The translations under genes were made by a program, and so were the position numbers. This document shows, in pieces, positions 59,769-64,000 of a stretch of DNA of 64,000 nucleotides. Within the stretch, counting starts at the first letter, position 1. Each line of letters opens with the position of its first letter. The notes below the pieces were generated by a model, which was not told where the DNA came from, ran no database searches, and saw only the letters and a list, made by a program, of their open reading frames with translations. Source of the stretch: an uncultured delta proteobacterium (GTDB lineage: Bacteria > Desulfobacterota > RBG-13-43-22); the NCBI GenBank assembly GCA_963790475.1, contig CAWBOS010000006.1:576001-640000 (forward strand), written 5' to 3'.

Positions 59769-60989
59769 CTAAAAGCGCATCCCTCTCATGGGGTTAGCCG
59801 CGGGTTTGTCTTTATCATTTTTTAATGATTCGCTGATCACTGAATCCTTTTCCTTGAGTTGCCCTCTAAGGACCGTTATCTCGGTATTTTTCCCGTCGCT
59901 GCTGCCGGTCCGGACCAGAACCGGGCGAGGTTTTTTCTCAGGCTCAAGGATCCAGAGAACGCGTACATTTTTAGGAATACGACTCGGATCGATTTGAGGG
60001 GTTTTCCTTTTGGTTATTTCTGCCGCCATGGCCGGAGGCATGCGGAATTTCAATACCGAATTGGGAATCATCAGGACGTCGTCTCTTTTTTCGATAATGA
60101 TATTGACATTGGCGGTCATGCCGGGTCTTAATTTCAACTCCGGATTTCGGACCCCCAGAACGACATCATAAGTAACCACGTTTTGCACCGTCGTCGGGGC
60201 ATTGCGGATTTGAGAAACCTCAGCCTTAAAGGGATCCGTCGGAAAGGCATCAACCGTAAAGGTAGAAGACTGCCCCACTTTCACCTTGCCGATATCAGCT
60301 TCATCCACATTGGTATCGACTTGCATTTTCTCCAAGTCCTGGGCGATGGTGAAAAGAGTCGGGGCCTGGAGACTGGCGGCTACGGTCTGCCCCACATCGA
60401 CATTACGGGCGACCACCGTACCGTTGACCGGAGATAGGATGGTCGTATAATTCAGGTTGATCCGAGCCGTCGACAAATTGGCCTTGGCCGAATCGATCTG
60501 GGCCCGGGAGGCCTTTACCTGAGCTACCGAGAGGTCGTATTTAAGTTGGGCCTGATCCAAATCGTTCTGGGAAACCAGTTGGTCCTTAAAAAGTCCTTTG
60601 TAACGGTTTAGGGTGCGCAGATTGTCGGCCAAAGAGGTCTCTTGGTTTTCCAGCATGGTCTGGGCATTTTTCAGGTCAGCTGCGGTTTGATCCACTTTGG
60701 CCTGGAAGAGGGCCGGATCGATCTGAGCGATAACCTGCCCTTTTCGAACCACCGAGTTGTAGTCGGCATAGAGCTTTTTTATAGCCCCTGAGACCTGGCT
60801 GCCCACTTGAACCAAGGTGACCGGATTGACTGTTCCTGTGGCGATGACCTGGGCGACAATATTCCCCCGAGTCACGATCTCTGTTTTGAACTGAGGGGTC
60901 TTATTCTTAGCGTTATAAGTGCGGTATCCGAAAAATGCCCCTGCCCCCAAAACCAGGACAATAGCTAAGACGATCAGGATTTTTTTCAT
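59769..60989 (-). CDS. MacA-like periplasmic adaptor
   Basis: VGSQVSG, SPVNGTV..NVDVGQTVAASL.APTLF, LRPGMTAN. Confidence 0.92.
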   Translation of the reverse strand: MKKILIVLAIVLVLGAGAFFGYRTYNAKNKTPQFKTEIVTRGNIVAQVIATGTVNPVTLVQVGSQVSGAIKKLYADYNSVVRKGQVIAQIDPALFQAKVDQTAADLKNAQTMLENQETSLADNLRTLNRYKGLFKDQLVSQNDLDQAQLKYDLSVAQVKASRAQIDSAKANLSTARINLNYTTILSPVNGTVVARNVDVGQTVAASLQAPTLFTIAQDLEKMQVDTNVDEADIGKVKVGQSSTFTVDAFPTDPFKAEVSQIRNAPTTVQNVVTYDVVLGVRNPELKLRPGMTANVNIIIEKRDDVLMIPNSVLKFRMPPAMAAEITKRKTPQIDPSRIPKNVRVLWILEPEKKPRPVLVRTGSSDGKNTEITVLRGQLKEKDSVISESLKNDKDKPAANPMRGMRF

Positions 60990-61085
60990 AGGGCTTCCTT
61001 TTATAAGTTTACTAAGTTGGACCTTTGGTATAACAGAAAGTTAAAAGGACAGGAAGAAAAATAATAGGCTTTCCCCTAGCTGCCT

Positions 61086-62222
61086 TTATCCGTTCGATTG
61101 AACTGAAAAGCCGGGCTTCGGCGGAGGGCTCTTTCTGCCCAAGGGCAAAGATACGGTGAAAATACTTCCTTGAGGCTGGTTGTTCCGGAGAGATAAGCGT
61201 CCTTGGTGTAATTCTATTATCCTCTTTGAGATGGCTAGCCCAAGTCCCGAACCTTCTTTTTTTGTGGAATAAAAAGGGGCGAATATCTTCTCCTGAATTT
61301 CCGGCGGAATACCGCAGCCCAGGTCGGTCACCTCGATAATAACCTGTCCTTTCTGTCGCCGAGTGCGCACCAGGACCGGTTGTTCAGGACACGAAGCCTG
61401 AATGGCATTCAGGATCAAATTATGTAAGACCTGAGTAAGCCTGGTATGATCGGCCTGGATCGAAGGCAGGTCTCCTTCCAAATTGGAAACCAGCAGGATT
61501 TGATTTTGTTCCGCCCGGGGATGAATGGTTTTCAGGACCTCTTGAATCAAATGATTGATGTCCACAAGAGAAAAATCGGCATCGATCGGCCGGGAAAAAT
61601 GAATCATGTCTTGGAGCATGATCTCGATTCGCTGACATTCCCGGTTGATAACCGCTAATCGTTCCCTATTGGGATCTTCGGGATTGGTTTTTCGCAGGAG
61701 CCTTTGGACATAAGCTCCGATAGTGATGACTGGGTTTTTTAATTCATGGGCTATCGAGGCCGCGGCTTCTCCGAGTACGGCCAGGTGTTCCTGATCCTGC
61801 CGCAGTTGGGCTTCGAGTCTCTCCCGATCGACCAATAAACCGATCAGGATCCCGAAGGCAAAAAAGAGGACGACCTCATCCACATGCCCATCGTGGCGAG
61901 AACCGGGGAACCAATCCACCCAGTGAGGAATAAACAAACAAGTCACTACGACGGCGGCCAGAACGCCCCCTCTGAAACCGAAGAGAAGACCGCTCAATAC
62001 AATAGGCAGGTAATAGAGACGATGGAGGATCTCCGGAGGCACACGGGTAGGTATCCAGCCCTGATCCAGAAAAAAAATAACAACCAGTAAAAAAAGGATA
62101 GGAAGGATCTTCCAATATAAGGGAATGAACTTATAGCGGGTCCAGAGGGAATAGAACGCACTTTTCTTATATTGGGATATCATGAGTTCATGACCATTTT
62201 TAGAAAGGTGATTTTTACCCAT
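61086..62222 (-). CDS. Membrane sensor histidine kinase
   Basis: TM N-terminus; AHELKNP, NLILNA, D.G.G, F..F, GSGLGL; start uncertain. Confidence 0.9.
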   Translation of the reverse strand: MGKNHLSKNGHELMISQYKKSAFYSLWTRYKFIPLYWKILPILFLLVVIFFLDQGWIPTRVPPEILHRLYYLPIVLSGLLFGFRGGVLAAVVVTCLFIPHWVDWFPGSRHDGHVDEVVLFFAFGILIGLLVDRERLEAQLRQDQEHLAVLGEAAASIAHELKNPVITIGAYVQRLLRKTNPEDPNRERLAVINRECQRIEIMLQDMIHFSRPIDADFSLVDINHLIQEVLKTIHPRAEQNQILLVSNLEGDLPSIQADHTRLTQVLHNLILNAIQASCPEQPVLVRTRRQKGQVIIEVTDLGCGIPPEIQEKIFAPFYSTKKEGSGLGLAISKRIIELHQGRLSLRNNQPQGSIFTVSLPLGRKSPPPKPGFSVQSNG

Positions 62223-62251
62223 TGTATGACTTCTCTAATTTTATTTTTCGC

Positions 62252-64000
62252 CTATGAGCCTGCCGCTAAAATCTCTCTTAATTCCTCTCCTTCGATCACC
62301 TCTTTTTCAAGGAGACGTTGGGCCAGGGTGGCCAGCTGGCTTAAATGCTCTTTTAATATTCGATCGGCTATCCCCTGGGCCTGTTCGATTATCTTTCTCA
62401 CTTCCTGATCGATGGATCGGGAAGTTTCCTCGCTGATGGAGCGGCCGGTATCATATCCCAGGCCGGTTTCCAGAAACAAAGGCCGACGCTCTTTCTCAAA
62501 TGTGACGACACCCAAATCACTCATTCCATATTCCCGAACCATGCGTTCGGCAATATCCGTGGCCCGCAAAAGGTCGTTCTGGGCCCCAGTGGAAATTTCC
62601 TTAAAATGAAGTTCTTCGGCCATCCGGCCTCCCAAAAGGACACCCATACGATCCAACAATTCTCCTTTGGTCATCAGGTAGCGGTCTTCGGTAGGTAGTT
62701 GTTGAGTATACCCCAAGGCCCCAATCCCTCTGGGGATGATGGAAACCTTATGGACCGGATCGGCATTCGGCAAAATTTCGGCCACAATGGCATGACCGGC
62801 TTCGTGGTAAGCCACGATCTCTTTTTCTTTTTCATTCATCCTGCGGTTCTTTTTTTCCAGGCCGGCAATCACCCGATCAATGGCATCATCGAAATCCTTC
62901 ATGTCCACTTCTTTTTTATCTTTCCGGGCTGCCAGCAGTGCCGCTTCGTTGACAATGTTGGCCAGATCGGCCCCGACAAAACCCGGGGTTCGGGCGGCGA
63001 TCACCTTAAGGTTGACTTCCGGTGCCAGAGTGACTCCCTTGCTGTGCACCTTAAGGATCGCCTCCCGGCCCAGGACATCGGGCTTATCGATCATCACATG
63101 CCGGTCGAAACGACCGGGGCGAAGCAAAGCCGGGTCAAGAATTTCAGGCCGGTTGGTGGCGGCCATGATTATGACCCCCTTTTCGGTGTTAAAGCCGTCC
63201 ATCTCGACCAGAAGCTGGTTGAGCGTTTGCTCCCTTTCATCGTGCCCCCCCATAGGGTTAATCCCCCGGGCCTTGCCCAGGGCGTCCAATTCATCAACAA
63301 AGATGATACAAGGGGCCTTTTGCTGGGCCTGGGTAAAGAGGTCCCGGACCCTGGCCGCCCCCACACCGACAAACATCTCCACAAAATCAGAGCCGCTCAT
63401 ACTGAAAAAAGGGACCCCGGCCTCTCCGGCCACAGCTTTGGCCAGGAGCGTCTTGCCTGTTCCCGGAGCGCCCACCAATAAAACCCCTTTAGGAATCTTG
63501 CCGCCCAATCGCTGGAATTTTTGGGGAAATTTCAAAAATTCAATAACCTCTTTGAGTTCTTCCTTGGCCTCATCGATTCCAGCCACATCATCAAATTTGA
63601 TATTAATATCTTTTTCCATATACACTTTGGCCTTGCTTTTTCCAATAGACATCAGGCCGCCGCTGACCCCCCCCATCCGTCGCATCAAAAAGCCCCAGAC
63701 CACAACAAAAAAGCCAATCGGCAGAATCCAGTTGGTAAAAAATTTAACAAGTTTATTTTCCAATTTTCCGGTAAATTTTATCCCGGCCGATTCAAGGTCC
63801 TTGACCAGGTCCGGATCCTGCACTCGGGCGGTGAGAAACGGCCGGTCCCCTTTCCCTTTACCCAATTGTTTGATGGTTTCTGAAGACACCAGCCCTTCAA
63901 TATCTGAAGCCCTTACTTTGCCGGAGATCAGGTCTTCATAGATAACAATGTCCGACAATTTATTGGACTTCAATAATTTTTTAAATTCATTATAGGGAAT
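62252..64000 (-). CDS. ftsH: ATP-dependent zinc metalloprotease FtsH (5' end outside window)
   Basis: [24 protein letters not shown]; frame open to the window edge. Confidence 0.96.
   Translation of the reverse strand: MPYNEFKKLLKSNKLSDIVIYEDLISGKVRASDIEGLVSSETIKQLGKGKGDRPFLTARVQDPDLVKDLESAGIKFTGKLENKLVKFFTNWILPIGFFVVVWGFLMRRMGGVSGGLMSIGKSKAKVYMEKDINIKFDDVAGIDEAKEELKEVIEFLKFPQKFQRLGGKIPKGVLLVGAPGTGKTLLAKAVAGEAGVPFFSMSGSDFVEMFVGVGAARVRDLFTQAQQKAPCIIFVDELDALGKARGINPMGGHDEREQTLNQLLVEMDGFNTEKGVIIMAATNRPEILDPALLRPGRFDRHVMIDKPDVLGREAILKVHSKGVTLAPEVNLKVIAARTPGFVGADLANIVNEAALLAARKDKKEVDMKDFDDAIDRVIAGLEKKNRRMNEKEKEIVAYHEAGHAIVAEILPNADPVHKVSIIPRGIGALGYTQQLPTEDRYLMTKGELLDRMGVLLGGRMAEELHFKEISTGAQNDLLRATDIAERMVREYGMSDLGVVTFEKERRPLFLETGLGYDTGRSISEETSRSIDQEVRKIIEQAQGIADRILKEHLSQLATLAQRLLEKEVIEGEELREILAAGS

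Noticed and set aside
62699-63941. 260-aa and 353-aa plus-strand ORFs
   Set aside because: Antisense shadows of ftsH

Overview
64-kb chromosomal window from a bacterium that looks deltaproteobacterial (Desulfobacterota-like; inferred from gene content and repeat types, not from a search). The housekeeping backbone is priA-def-fmt-rsmB-rpe, purL-purQ, ricT/PSP1-metG, ftsH (5' end outside the window), a MacAB-type exporter and algI/algJ-like O-acetylation genes. Three accessory zones interrupt it. (1) A ~12-kb defence island (13.9-26.3 kb): IS-hsdR-hsdM-hsdS, two AT-rich RxxxxH (HEPN-like) genes, an XRE/ImmA-peptidase + DUF4411 PIN pair, radC and an orphan DUF2283. The conserved HsdS C-terminal motif FRGELxPQDPNDEP recurs as an unannotated 40-aa mini-ORF with its own RBS, so each HEPN-like gene follows a copy of the hsdS tail. 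This is the top candidate for an undescribed system. (2) An integrase-less cluster of attC-like sites (32.9-35.9 kb) carrying mrr, HEPN-MNT and an orphan cassette; an IS91-family remnant lies just beyond the first site's GTT. (3) A decayed light/oxidative-stress cluster (46.3-50.7 kb) with TspO and class II photolyase remnants, ISL3 debris and an orphan promoter-attenuator leader. Many short deletion scars, MITEs and REP-like hairpins are also present. priA is split by a single frameshift. No rRNA, tRNA or CRISPR array was recognised. All family assignments are motif recognition by eye.
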